From Gekko japonicus (lineage: Eukaryota), in assembly GCF_001447785.1 (NCBI RefSeq), contig NW_015170314.1, positions 296,965 through 360,964 of the forward strand: a DNA stretch of 64,000 nucleotides. The letters are read 5' to 3'. A program made the translations under genes and the position numbers. The notes below the pieces were generated by a model. The model made no database searches, was not told the origin of the DNA, and saw nothing but the letters and a program-made list of their open reading frames with translations. Below are positions 9,791 through 22,903 of the stretch, in pieces. Each line of letters begins with the position of its first letter. The first letter of the stretch is position 1.

Positions 9791-12700
9791 GACTACTACA
9801 ATCGAGAAGTTTTGACCCAACTATCCTGGAAACAGAGCCCTGGAGGAAGCAGGCCTTCTCTTCTCTGGGGTGTTTTCATTCTGGGGGCTGCCCGATATCT
9901 TCTGTGTGGGTCCAACTCTGCCCACCTCCCCCCATCTCTCGTCGAATGAATACGGTCAAAGCCCAATCAGATGTACAAAATATAAATTCTACATAAAAGC
10001 GTACATTCAAGATAAAACATGTAAACGTAAAATCAGCCTCTGTTATATACATTACAACTTAAAACTAAGAGACTACTTAAGTACCTCTCCCAGCAATTTA
10101 TTTCCGTAATCTTTGCATGGCAAATTTTGCCACACTTCAGGGTAATTCGTTTGATCCCTGTCAGCTAGTAGCTTATCTAAATAGAATCTGATATTTCTCC
10201 CCGGAAAATGGTTGCAGAAGGGAGTTATGCAAGCGGCTCTAATATTTTGGTAGAGTAAAATTGTAAATCAACAGATTTTTTCCCCAGAGATGCCCAGGTC
10301 TGTGATGCCGGGGGGTGGGTGGGGAGGAGGTCTCATCGTCTGACTGGAACAGGGCCTCTCTGCGTCTCTGTGACACACGGCGGGAAAATTCTGAGACAGA
10401 GAAGGGGGAGAGCACCTTTCGAAATGAAGGCTGCAGGAAAAGCCACAAGAAATGGCCATGACTTATCCCCTAAGGTGCAGCGATGTAAGGGTTGCAGTCA
10501 TCCACCAGGCGACGGGACTGAGCCTGGCAAGGAATGCACTGAAGAAATGACACACCGAAGAAATGACAATCTCTTAAGGCATGGGAAACACACATGCAAA
10601 ATTTGAAGTGCCTAGAGGCTCATATGCAAATGTGAGAAGCCTCCAAGGCAGGATGAGAGAGCTGGGGGGGGGGGGGTTTGAAGCTAGATGGGAGCATCCG
10701 TACAGTGGCCCACTCCCAAGACCTGGTGGGGCCGAGAGAATCAGCAGGACGCAGTTATTCCTGGGAGACAAACTTCAACAGAGAGCCAGGATGTAGACTA
10801 TGGGGGGCAGTGAAAGGGTATGTTAAATCCAATGAGGCAGAGCACAAGAAGCACAGTTTCTTCCGTGATAATGCCACGGGTTGGAATACCGAGCCTGAAA
10901 ACAGTCATTCGGCCCTAGGGTAAGGGTCCCCCAACCAATGCTCCCTCTAAGCTGTGGAGTCCTGTGAGCAAAAACTCTACTTTGTGAGCTGCTGGCATTA
11001 AAGCTGTGAGCGGGTATTTTGGTTACTACATAAATGGGTTTGCTCTGGAGCCCTCCTTCCTGAGCCAAGACAAAAATGTGTGAGCTGGAGGCTAAAAAAC
11101 TGTGAGCTAGCTCACGCTAACTCCGCTTAGAGGGAACACTGTACCCAACCTTTTTGAGCCTGTGAGCACCTTTGGAATCCTGACACACTGTGGGGGGTGC
11201 AACTACAAAGCAGAAGAAGAGATTGGATCTATACCCCACCCTTCACTCAGAGTCTCAGAGCGGCTCACAAACTCTTTTCCCTTCCCCTCCCCACAACAGA
11301 CACCCTGTGAGGTAGGTGGGACTGAGAGAGCTCTTGACAGAAACTGCTCTTTTTCAAGGACAGCTCTTATCAGAACTACGGCTTGCCCACGGTCATCCAG
11401 CCAGGTGCAAGTGGAGGAGTGGGGAAACAAACCTGGTCCTCCCAGATTAGAGTCTGCCCTTCTAACCACTATGCCAAACTGGCTACAGCAAAACAGCTGC
11501 CACAGGAGGCGGAGCCAGCCACCAAATGGCTGCCGCAGCTGACCCTTAGCCACACAGTGATGATCCTTGTGCTGTAGTGACAGCTGCTGCCAAAGCAACC
11601 AAATCTGCACAGCCAATCAAATCTCCTGTGGCCAATCAGAAGCCTCGCTGGGCAAAAGCCTGCACTAGGGACATATGATTGCCCCCCATCCAAAACTCTA
11701 TGGGTGGTCTTGAGAAAGAGAAAGTAGGCAGGGAGGCAACAAAGGAAGAAGTGTTGTAATGGCAACAAAAACTGCCTGGGCACACATGCATTTGCAGACC
11801 ATGACATGACAAAAAATAAAGCCATAACGACAGTGCACTGGAGGATTTAAAGCACGGAACCAGCTAGAGGGGAGGAGACCATTCTGAGTGTGGCCCTCGT
11901 GAAATGCAAGCCCCACTGAACGGGGCGGGGGCAGTGTCCACAGCAGTATTAAATGCCCGCATACACGACCCAGACACTCCAACAGGGTCACGTGCCATTT
12001 CAAAAGGAGAAGCTTCTCAAAACTGAGGGGGACCGTGAGAAGGAGGAAGTTTGAAGGGTGAGTCAGGAGGATCACCAATTTTTTTTTAAAGCTTGGGGGG
12101 GGGGGCAACCTGGTGCAGGGATCCCCAGCCTTTTTGAGCCTTTGGAAATCTGACACGGGGCAGTGGGCACAACTATAAAATGGACTTGCAGGAAGAAGAA
12201 GAGAAAAAGAGATTGGATCTCTACCCTGCCCTTCACTCGGAGTCTCAGAGCAGCTTACAATCTCCTTTCCCTTCCCCTCTCCTCGTGAGCAATGCTCCCT
12301 CTGAGCTGTGAGCAAAAATTCTACTTTGTGGACTACTGGCATGAAAGCTGTGAGGGAGCGATTTGGCTGCTGCATAAATTACTTTGCCCTGGAGCCATCC
12401 TTTCTGAGCTAAGACTAAAATGTGTGAGCCGGAGGCTAAAAAACTGTGAGCTGGCTCACACTCACTCAGCTTAGAGGGAACACTGCCTGTGAGGGAGGTG
12501 GGGCTGAGAGAGCTCTTTCGATAACTGCTATTTCAAGAACAGCTCAGACAGAACTATGGCTTGCCCAAGGTCATCCAGCAGCTGCAAGTGGAGGCGTGGG
12601 GAATCAAACCCAGTCCTCCCAGATTAGAGTCCATGCACTTAACCACTATACCCAATCCCAAGGAGAAGAGGGGGAAATTAAACAAAAATACTTGGAAAGA

Positions 12701-12807
12701 GCAGTGAGAGAATAAAACCGACACTGTGGCGGCCACAGAACTAACATCATATTAATCCACACAGCCAACCAAGTCTTCAGTAGCCAATCAGAAGCTCTGC
12801 TGGGCAA

Positions 12808-13760
12808 AACATAAGAATATAAGAGACGCCAATGTTGGATCAGGCCAATCGCCCATCTAGTCCAACACTCTGTGTCACACGGTGGCCAGAAATACCAGGT
12901 GCCATCAGGAGGTCCACCAGTGGGGCCAGGGCACTAGAAGCCATCCCACTGTTGCCCCCACCACCACCACCAAGAATACAGAGCATCTCTTGCCCCAGAC
13001 TGAGAGTTCCTATCTATACCTTGTGGCTAATCGCCACCGATGGACCTCTGCTCCATACGTTTATCCAGTTCCCTCTTGAAGCTGTCCATGCTTGTAGCCG
13101 CCACCACCTCCTGTGGCAGTGGATTCCATGTGTTAAACACTCTTTGGATGAAGAAGGACTTCCTTTTATCTGTTCTAACCCGACCGCTCAGCAATTTCAT
13201 GGAGTGCCCACGAGTTCTTGTATTGTGAGAAAGGGAGAAAAGGACTTCTTTCTGGACCTGCTCTATCCCATGCCTAATTTTGTAAACCTCGATCATGTCA
13301 CCCCTCAGCCATCATTTCCCCAAGCTGAAGAGCCCCAAGTGCTTTAACCTTTCTTCATAGGGAAAGTGTTCCAACCCTTTGATCATTCTAGTTGCCCTTT
13401 TCTGCACTTTTTCCAATGCTATAGTATCCTTTTTGAGGTGTGGTGACCAGAACTGTACACAGTACTCCAAATGAGGATGTACCACTGATTTATACAGGGG
13501 CATTATGATACTGGCTGATTTGTTTTCAATTCCCTTCCTAATAATCCCCAGCATAGCGTTGGCCTTTTTTATTGCTGTCACACACTGTCTTGACATTTTC
13601 ATTGAGTTATCTACTACGATTCCAAGATCTCTCTCTTGGTCAGTCTCTGCCAGTTCAGACCCCATCAACATGAATTTATAGTTAGGATTTTTTGCTCCAA
13701 TGTGCATCACTTGACACTTGGCCACATTGAACCCCATTTGCCACACTGACACCCACTTGT
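12808..13760 (-). mobile_element. CR1 LINE, 5'-truncated 3' end with RT C-terminus
   Basis: ORFs 13312-13785 and 13027-13296 carry WQMGFNVAKC, ERDLGIVVD, LEYCVQFWSP and RTRGHSMKL motifs; TTCTTATG-type tail. Confidence 0.93.
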
Positions 13761-14831
13761 CTGTAATATGCCATGATTTTCCCACTGTTCCGTTCTCAAG
13801 ATGGTAATGATTGGTTTTATTTAACTGCAGGTCGATGATATTTTAAAGTCTGGTATATCGGACTGCTAAGTTTTATCGTTATCTGCCTTGTAAGTATTTT
13901 AAAACCGTGAGGGTACCTTAAGGACTGAACTGGGTATTTTTAAGTACCACACTGCCCTCTAGTGTCAGGCCACAGCATCAACACCGAAAAGACAATTTCC
14001 CCTTTCATGAAAACCGTTTCAGAGGATAGCCGCGTTGGTCTACAGTAGAGCAGTCAGATTCGAGTTCAGTAACACCTTAGAGACCTACAAGATTTCTAAG
14101 GTAGAAGCTTTCAAGAGTCAAAGCTCAATTGTGACGAACCTACTGAAGGGACTGCTTTGACTCTCGAAAGCGTGAACATTTTGTTGGTCTCTAAGGTGCT
14201 ACTGGATTCGAATCTAATTTCCCCTTTTCTGTTTCATTTCACGGGTGAAGAAATCAAAAGTGTCTTGAAGGCGCCTTTGACTGCGATCTTGCAAGGGCAT
14301 CTAAACTGGAAGGCTAATAATTGTGCAGAAGTGATGTCTACAGCAGAAAACTTTAGTAATTGCAAAAGAATCACCAAAACAAACAAACAACACTTGAGAA
14401 GATGAATCACTGTAAGAGCTGCCTCACAGAATCAGACCAACGTCTATCTACTCGGCCTTGTTTTTTCTCTGTCTCCCAAAGAGGCCAGCCAGGTACGCCT
14501 GAGAGGCTCACAGGCCCAGCAAGATGCAAACACAGTGGCTCTCCAACATAAAGTATTCCAAAGTACACTGCTCCTGCATGTGGAGGTTCCATTCTAACAT
14601 GGCTCACAGGCCTGAAAAGCCCCTGCTTGGCTTGCAGACTGAACAAGCAAAGGAACTTGTATGACCCAAAGACAGACCAGAGCAGAAATAAGAGGGCAGA
14701 TCCTGGGGCGCTACACGAGCTAGATTCAAATTTATGTATTTGAATCTAATATGTATTTGAATTTATGTATTTGAATCATAACTGAAAATTATGTATACAT
14801 AAAATTGGAAGGCCATATTGGAGTGTTCCCT

Positions 14832-15080
14832 GCTCTCTCAACTACTTTGGCCACCAAACGAGCAGGGAGCCCTCACTGGAGAAGACCCCGATGCTGGGAA
14901 AGACTGAAGGTCAAAGAAGACGGGGACGGCAAAGGATGAGATGGTTAGACAGTGTCATCGAAGCAACGAACATGAAGTTAAGCAAACTCCGGAGGACGGT
15001 GGAAGACAGGAGGGCCTGGCGAGATGTGGTCCATGGGGTCGCGAAGAGTCGGATTCGACTGTGCGACTGAACAACAACGA
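14832..15080 (+). mobile_element. BovB/RTE LINE 3' end
   Basis: LEKTPMLGKTEG / RWLDSV coding remnant, 3'UTR ...GTCGGATTCGACT... and (CAA)n tail. A second fragment at ~37852-37980 has TSD CTTGCGGC. Confidence 0.85.
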
Positions 15081-16302
15081 CAGCAAAATCCCGCCTTTCC
15101 TCCTGGTTCAAAGGATGTAACTCAGCAGAGATGACCAACACGACCTCCAGCCTCTACTCCCAAGCTGTCCGCAGAAACTCTGCTTCTATAGGGCATCTCT
15201 GAAACTAAAGACATCCCCAGGAGGTGACAGTACTGCCTTAACTTTAGGACTCACTTCTCTGGAGATTTCCAACTTGGCAAACAAGACTCCACACTCACAC
15301 ACGCACACACACACCCCGATCCTTTCACAGATGAATTAGCTACCTTGCTTGAAGCACCTCCAGGTTTTGGTGAGGGAAATGGAAGGGCCACGCAGATTCC
15401 AGGGCTGCTGACTCAAGACGCTAAGCAAGACTACTGAATCACTGAATCCCAGAGTTGGAAGGGGCCATACAGGCCATCTTGTTCAGCCCCCCTCCCAATG
15501 CAGGACCAGCCTACAGCATCCCTGACAAATATTCCTCCAGCCTCTTCTTGAAAGCTGCCAGTGAAGGGGAGCTACCCACCTCCCTCGGCGACTGATTCCA
15601 CCTTTGATCTTTCTTAGTGTCCTTCGTTAACAGCCCTGGAACTCGTGTGTGTGTGAGAGAGAGGGAGGGAGGGAGGGAGGGAGAGCATCAAGTTGCTTCT
15701 GACTTATGGCGGCCCTATGAATGAATGACCTCTGGGACATCCAATGGCTGACACCCTTGCTCAGGTCTTGCAAAAGGAGGGCCGTGGATTCACTGACCGA
15801 CTCAGCCCATCTCACGTTGGGTCTGCTGCCTTCAGCTTTCCCTAGCATTATTCCCTTCTCCAGTGACTCTTGTCAACGGTCTCAGTTTAGTCATTTTAGC
15901 CTCCAGGGAGAGTTCAGGCTTGATTTCATCAAGAACCCACTTATTTGTCTTTCTGGCGGTCGACGCTGTCCGTGAAACTCTCCTCCGACACCACGTGAAC
16001 ACATTAAGCTGCCGTATGCTGAATCACACCCTTGGTCCATCGAGGTCAGTATTGTCTATTCTCTAAGGTCTCAGGCAGATCTCTTTCCCATCACCTACTG
16101 CCAGATCTTTCAAGTGGAGATACCGGGGATTGAACCTGGGACCTTCTGCATGCCAAGCAGAGGCCCTGTCACTGAGCCACGGCCTTCCCACACATTTCAA
16201 AGGAATTAACGTTCTTCCTGTTGGCTTTCTTGGCCCTCCCGTTTTCTTTACAAAAACCTGGAAGTGCTTCAAACAAGTTTGAATATGGGCATAAATTGAT
16301 TG

Positions 16303-16646
16303 GGCTGCGGTGGCTCAAGTGGTTAAGATGCTGAACTGCCGACCGGAAGGTCGGTAGTTCAGCAGTTCGAGACCCGAGAGCGGCATGACGGAGTGAGCTC
16401 CCGTCTCTGGTCCCAGCTCCTCCCAACCTAGCAGTTCGAAAGCAAGAAATTGCAAGTAGGTAAATAGGTACCGCTGCGGTGGGAAGGGAACAGCTTTCTG
16501 TGCACCTTGGCTTCTACTCATGCCGGCCACATGACCACAGAAATGTCTTCGGACAGCGCTGGCTCTTCAGCTTGGAAACGGAGATGAGCACCGCACCCCT
16601 AGAGTTGGATTTGACTGGCTTTCGACCAAGGGAAACCTTTACCTTA
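16303..16646 (+). mobile_element. Sauria SINE
   Basis: Same sequence as 4723-5071; flanked by ATAAATTGATT duplication. Confidence 0.85.
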
Positions 16647-16842
16647 TAAATTGATTATTGTTTTAATGGCACTTCTCCATTTGTGGTTGCTATTTATTTA
16701 GGATTCTTTTTGCTACATTAAGCTCCGCACCACTTTTTTCTGTATAACACTGTTCCTAAAAAATTTTTTAAAAGACACTAAGCAACCAAACAAGGTCCTC
16801 AGCTACAGGCCTGCACCGCTTTGGCTGTGCTTGTTTGCTTAC

Positions 16843-16987
16843 CAGTGGCCGTGGATCGTGAGAGCCGCAGCCAGCGAGTAGTCCACGGCCGGTCCAGGGT
16901 ACAGGTAGGCCGCAGGAAGGAGCCCAAGCAAGAAGACGCTGACCGCTCGCTCGGCTGTCCAGTGCAGAGAGGCTGCCTTGGAACCTG
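16843..16987 (-). CDS. SDHD: Succinate dehydrogenase cytochrome b small subunit, exon 3
   Basis: 145-bp exon, tttttttAG|CAGGTTCC...CCACTG|GTAAGC. Translates (A)[47 protein letters not shown](W), the diagnostic SDHD TM1/heme-His segment. Not in the ORF track. Confidence 0.97.
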
Positions 16988-17374
16988 CTAAAAAAAGAAG
17001 AGGCACTGTTAACTTCCAATCGTTGCCTGCTTATGCTACTTTTAAGGGTCCAGGTTTGCAACAGCAGGAAGCCACCGAGAAGTACCATGAAGTCTGTCTC
17101 CCTCCAGCGATAAAGAATTCCCAGCATTTAACACGGTGGGCTTCCTCACACTGAGGACCAAATGGTCTCCGCAGCTCCCAAGTGGAAATCCAAACAAAAA
17201 TACTGACAGAGCTTCATGGTCCCCCTAGATCTCTGGCCAGCCAGACTCACAAAGCCAGGGACTCGCCAGGCCACCAGAGGTTCCCCCAAAAGAGCAGGGA
17301 ACAATTCTACTGGTGCCCGGTGCCAAACTGGGGGCATATAGCTACCTAAGTGACACTGACCTGGATGGGTGCGT

Positions 17375-17830
17375 AGAGGCACTGGCTTCCAATAGCATTC
17401 CGGATTCGCTTCAAGGTGCTGGTTTTGACCTTTAAAGCCTTTTATGGTCAGGGGCCTGCCTACCTAAGGGACCGCCTGGCCCTTCCTGGGCCAGGTTGGC
17501 AGTGACTAGGACCAGGGCGTTCTCCCTGGCGGCACCAACACTCTGGAATGAGCTCCCAAGTGAGATCACAGCACTGCGGGACCTCCAGCCATTCCACAGG
17601 GCCGTGAAAACGGAGCTCTTTTGCCGGGCGTTCCAGTAAGAATGACTTCATCGGTTGTGTTGCACTTGCACTCTATAATATCACGCCGCCACATTTAATT
17701 GGTTTTAAATTGAATTTTTCTGTAATTTTATTGAGTGTATTTTATGTTGGTTTTAAAATTGTAATCCGCCCTGAGCCGCCTCGGCGGGAGGGCGGGGTAG
17801 AAATCTAATTCATATAATAAACTAATAAAA
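17375..17830 (+). mobile_element. L2 LINE 3' fragment
   Basis: LHWLP/FKVLVLTFKAL coding remnant and ...CCGCCCTGAGCC...GGGCGG(TAAA)n tail. Similar pieces at ~23150-23800, ~38870-39190, ~43690-44130 and ~48090-48580. Confidence 0.75.
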
Positions 17831-19293
17831 TATAAAATAAATGTAGGTGAATCTGGGGATGCCAGGGACAGACATCAGACGGGCAACCTCAGTGGCACCA
17901 AAAGCCTCCTTACCCTGCCCGTCCCCCCAAATCAAATGCCCAAATAACAGAAGTCAATTCAGTTATTCAGATTTGAATACCAATAATGCCATACAGTATT
18001 CCAAACCCAACAGCGGACATTTGCGTACCTGTTCTTTTTGGAGAAGGATGATGTGATTGTGGATCAGGTGCAATAGAGACCTTAGATCATCTTATGTTAT
18101 TTTGCCACCAATGGATTGACCCCAGATCCTATTGGATTACTCCTATTTTACAAAGATATCACCTCCCTATGGAACCCTGGGTGATAACCATACTATTAGC
18201 TGATGAGGACCCTGAAACGACTCGCTTGGTGGCAAAATATCTTTCGATAGTGCTATTTTTAAAGCGGCTTTGAAATGTTATAAGTACCTTTTGTATACAA
18301 TTTTAAAATTTTAAAACTAATTTCCATAATATCATGGTATTTTATAGAATTCATTGAAGTTTATAAAATGTGGTCTGATATTACTGATTGAGAGCATGTT
18401 TACTAGCTTTTATTGTAAAGACGTTCTGTCTAAATTTCTTGTAATTTTATGTAATGCATTTTATAGTTGTTTGCATGTTTGGCTTAAGACCTTGGGTCAA
18501 TGAAGCTAATAAATGAAATGGAAATGGAGAAGGATGAAGACAGAAGTAAGTGTGGGGCAGTGGACAGTATCTTGGACAGGACTGGGACGCGGCTTGGAAG
18601 GGAGGGGTGGGCAGCCCTGAAAGGGCACATCAGCTCCGCCCACGGCATTCTGAAGCTCTTGTACGCAATGTTTTAATGTTCTGATGTTTGCCACGCTGAG
18701 GGGTCCTGAGTCAGGTGGAAAGGTGACGTACAAATGTTTAAAATAAGTAAATGTGGCCTGTCTGTGCCTAAGCAGATGTTCAGAACCCGAAGGACTAGAA
18801 ACTTGCTTTTTCAAAATATAAAAACGAGGCTTCCAGGAATCACAGTTGTGAAACAAATTCTGTTGTTCTGGAGAACGTCCCTAATGATGCAGCAAGAGGG
18901 CAAACACCGTAAAGACACAGAACGCCCAGTCAAGATAAGAACCACTGCATGGTACAGAAGATTCCCGAAATCTCTTCAAGACTGCAGCCGCACATTGCAC
19001 AAGCTGGAGGCACCACAATTTGTGCAGTTTGAGTATTTTCACTGTCTCCTAATTAACACAATCTGCACTGGAGGAGAGGCCCAGAGCGTCCCACCAGTGG
19101 CCACTCCACAGGTCTGCACCGCCACCATCTAGGCGCCAACATGCAATCCGGAGCAGATGTTCATCAGTGAAGAAGAACAAAGCATTTATTTATTTATTAC
19201 TTCCCATTTATATCCCGCCTTGCCCGCCAAACTGACTCAAGGCGGCTTACACGAGATAAAATACAATAAAACAATAAATGCAGTAAAACTCCC

Positions 19294-20306
19294 TGTATAG
19301 AAATATTAATTCCTGTAGGCCTCATGTCTCCCTTTGAATGTTATGTAGCATCATGTTTCCCCTTGGAATGCCTTTTGCTCTCACCCCCGGGTGTTCTAGC
19401 TTCCTATGCCTGACCATTTGCTCAATTGCCCTGTCATATAACGACACATGTTTCACACTTCTGGCAGACCTACTGGAGCCTAGTTAGGCCTAGCTGCCAG
19501 GAGTCACGTACCACATGGAGGAGTGGTTAGAGGGAGTGGTTAGAGCTTGGGATCACATTCTGCAGGTGTGGCTTCAATACTACTGACCACTCAAGACACT
19601 TGGACAATTTCAGATCGTGTTCATTGGCTCCTGGCCCGGGTCATTTGAATCCTGAAATTGGCCCTTTTTAGTCTGAACCCAAAGACACGAGCTCAGATTT
19701 TCTGCTTGCTAATCTGTTCTTGCTATCTACTGTCTGTGGACTTATTCTGACATGCTTTGTTTCTGCCATGTGGCTGGCAGACAAAGGATCCTGGGTTGCA
19801 GCTCAACACATGGCTGCATACTGGCACAAAGATGAAACTTAAGTGGACTTTGTTAAAATGGACTGCCTTGGACTATTGACCCTTCTTCTTGTTGGTAAAT
19901 ATACCCTATTGTATAGTTAGGCAACAAACTTGCATAGCCTTTCTTATTTTTCTAATCTCCTATGGTCTGATTACAAGTTTCTGCTAATAAACTTTATTCT
20001 GTTTTAATACTGTGTCTGATGGATGTACCTTTGACTCCCAGTCTTAAATCCTGTGCTTGAACTGCTTTGCCAACTGTTGCTACCTTGCTAAGAATATTCT
20101 TGTGATAAGTCCCAAAAGCCAGTCAAGAGTCTGAGCCTCCTCTTGGACTGGAAGGGGATCATAGTGGAAGGTTCTGGTGGCACGTGTCTGTAAATCCATA
20201 GAGAGACTACCTCTCTTGGGGTTTTGTGTAAAATACTTTGTCTCAGTCCATGATCCTTTCCTTTCACAGTCCTGGATTGGTCTGGGGGAAAGACAGGATC
20301 ATGACA
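19294..20306 (+). mobile_element. Solo LTR (about 1013 bp)
   Basis: Starts TG and ends CA; flanked by perfect 5-bp TSD CTCCC (19289-19293, 20307-20311); internal AATAAA at ~19986. Confidence 0.8.
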
Positions 20307-20333
20307 CTCCCATAACAACATAAAGTGCAAGTA

Positions 20334-20680
20334 GCTGTGGTGGCTCAAGTGGTTAAGACGCTGAACTGCATGCTGTGGAAGGTCGGTAGTTCAGCAGTTT
20401 GAGACCCGAGTGTGCCGCGTGGCAGAGTGAGCTCCCGTCTCTAGTTCCAGCTCCTGCCAACCTAGCAGTTCGAAAGCAAGAAATTGCAAGTAGATAAATA
20501 GGTACCACTTCGGTGGGAAGGTAACAGCGTTCCGTGCGCCTTGGTTTTTAGTCATGCCGACCACATGACCACAGAAACGTCTTCGGACAGCGCTGGCTCT
20601 TTGGCTTTGAAACGGAGATGAGCACTGCAACCCTAGAGTCGGACTCAACTGGCTTTCGAGCAAGGGAACCTTTACCTTTA
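20334..20680 (+). mobile_element. Sauria SINE
   Basis: Same family; ACCTTT tail. Confidence 0.85.
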
Positions 20681-20925
20681 AGACAATACAGGTGGCGGCA
20701 GTTTCTAAACATGATCCAAGAAGAAAGTGCAAAAGAGACGGCTCAGAGGCCCAACCACTGCCCATTCAGAGGTTTCTTCAAAAATGTACACTACAACCCA
20801 ACATCTTTAAAAGACAAAGTCCAAAAACATTAAGCAGCACCTGCAAGTTTGCATGGTTATGGAAGAGAGCGCCAAATACACCTGTCAGACGCCAAAAGGT
20901 CTTTTCACCGTATCATGCATTAAGG

Positions 20926-21367
20926 CAGGGGTGGCCAAACTGCGGCTCAGGAGCCACATGCGGCTCTTTCACGCATATTGTGTGGCTCCCGGCAGGGCGG
21001 CTGGGGAAGTGAAGGGGAGGCATGCCTCCCCGATGGGTCTTCCCTTCCCCAGCCAGTGTTCCCCTCCCTGGGAAGGCTTGAGGTGGGCAGAGCAGAGAAA
21101 GAAAGCAGCTTTAACTTTAAATGCATTCTCAAAGCCTCCCCCCCCAGCCTACAAATATAATTGGATAAATAAATATCATTATCAATATCTGTTTTTACCC
21201 CTTTTGTTTTTATTTTTGGCAGTCTCGTTCAATGTTAATTAAAAAAAGTAAATTTGCATATTTCCCAATTAAAAAACGTGTGTAATATTTGTTCGTGTCT
21301 TGCGGCTCTCAAACATCTGGTGTTTATTCTGTGTGGCTCTTATGTTAAGCCAGTTTGGCTACCCCTG
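20926..21367 (+). mobile_element. hAT-type family C
   Basis: TIRs CAGGGGTGGCCAAAC; perfect TSD CATTAAGG. Copies at ~37622-38048 and ~61369-61792. Confidence 0.9.
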
Positions 21368-21752
21368 CATTAAGGGTTTCGAGGGAGGGATGATCGTCAA
21401 TGTTAAACTGGCGCGGGGACAAGGCACAGAGAAATCTTGTGGGTGAAACTGCTTGACTCATTAGCAGACGCCGCAGAAGACCCCATGGGAAGCACAAGAC
21501 AAGCCAGCAATCTCTCAAGAACACCACGAAACCCACTCAGACCAACTGTCTGCTGCAGCTCCTGTTCCTTTCACTACACTTGAAAAAGGAACAAATCCGA
21601 CTCCAGGCCCCATCCCAAACATCACTGTCTGTGGACTGCAAGACCAATCAAAGCCACTGCGTGGAAAATAAGACATCCAAACATTGCTACTTTTTCGATC
21701 CAAGAAAGATGGATCCCCCGTTATGCAGCAGGGAAGACTTGAAAACACAAAC

Positions 21753-21799
21753 NNNNNNNNNNNNNNNNNNNNNNNNNNNNNNNNNNNNNNNNNNNNNNN
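21753..21799. other. Assembly gap (47 N)
   Basis: Run of N in SDHD intron 2. Confidence 1.
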
Positions 21800-22401
21800 A
21801 CCACCAAAAGCAAGAAAGGAGTGGAGATTTGGTGGGGGGGAGGTGGGACAGCAACAGCAGAGCACAGCTACACAACTGGCAGTGAACGGGAACTTCGCCA
21901 AGACACCCTCCTTTCCCCAACATGTTGACCTGCCCTACACGCCCCCACTACATTCTCAACCACCCATGAGGACTAGAAATGTCACTTTGTGATGGGAGTG
22001 GTGGCATTTTATTAGGGAGGGGCCATGGCTTGGTGGTGGAGCATCTGTGTGGCCAGGTTCAATTCCTGGCATCCCCAGGTGAAAGGATTCAGACAGCAGG
22101 TGATGTGAAAGACCTGAGCTTAAGACCCTGGAGAGCCACTGCCAGTGTGAGTAGACAATACTGACCTCGAAGGTCTGATTCAGTATAAGGCAGCTTCATG
22201 TGTATATTCATCTAAAGACATGCATTCTCAAGAAATAATGGAATAAAGCCTAAAACAACAAAAAATTTAAATGCATTTTATCGAGATGAATACCATGACT
22301 TTTATTTTGCTAATGGCAGTACTTTTGTTTGGCGTTTTCTGCAACTAACATGTTTTGGCGGTCAGCTACTTGTCCCTAAGGAAAATCATACGAGATCCAA
22401 C

Positions 22402-22607
22402 CAATGCTCTCTCTAAGCGGTGGACCCTTGTGAGCAAAAATTCTACTTTGTGAGCGACTGGCATTAAAGCTGTGAGCGAGCGATTTGGCTGCTGCATCAA
22501 TGAGTTTGCTCTGGAGCCGTCCTTCCTGAGCTACGGCAAAAATGTGTGAGCTGTAGGCTAAAAAACTGTGAGCTACCTCACACTAAATCAGCTTAGAGGG
22601 AACACTG
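22402..22607. mobile_element. hAT-type MITE family A (about 205 bp; about 15 copies in the window)
   Basis: TIRs CA(G/A)TG(T/C)TCCCTCTAAGCT; 8-bp TSD GATCCAAC. Other copies at 67-481 (nested pair), 2479-2673, ~3584-3700, 8229-8434, 10936-11141, 12290-12485, 24971-25177 (TSD GAGAAAAG), 25529-25738 (TSD CTAGGAAG), 26567-26773, ~35574-35776, ~40982-41185, ~47835-48714 (split) and ~51984-52180. Confidence 0.9.
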
Positions 22608-22798
22608 GATCCAACCCATTACCAGCACAAACCGTTAAGTATGATCTCGATCGCATTGCCACTCAGAAACCAGGGAGAGCGTTTTTGCACTGATCCTGAC
22701 ACACAGAATCCCAATGCGCGTGCAAACAATTCTGGAAACCCCAGCAGATTGGCACAGTCCTGTGAAATAAGATCATGGGATAAACTTGGGACACTTAC

Positions 22799-22903
22799 CC
22801 AAACTCCTGGGGGACGTGTGGATTCTGCATGCCAGAGGATGGCGTTCCTCAGATGCTGAGCAGACGATGGCTGATCTAGCCAGGAGAGCCTTCTTCAGGA
22901 GAA
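22799..22903 (-). CDS. SDHD: SDHD exon 2 (presequence/N-terminus)
   Basis: 105 bp, tacacAG|TTCTCC...TTTGG|GTAAGT, phase 1/1. Encodes LLKKALLARSAIVCSASEERHPLACRIHTSPRSL and joins exon 3 in frame ([15 protein letters not shown]); IHTSP matches vertebrate IHLSP. Confidence 0.88.

Noticed and set aside
1-16800. IL18 exons or another nested gene
   Set aside because: I could not recognise any IL-1-family or other coding exons; IL18 is expected further left, by synteny only.
18198-18222. CTGATGAGGACCCTGAAAC hammerhead-like string
   Set aside because: There is no workable stem II/I, and it is the LLADEDPE coding remnant of a LINE (compare LLADTDPN at ~45030).
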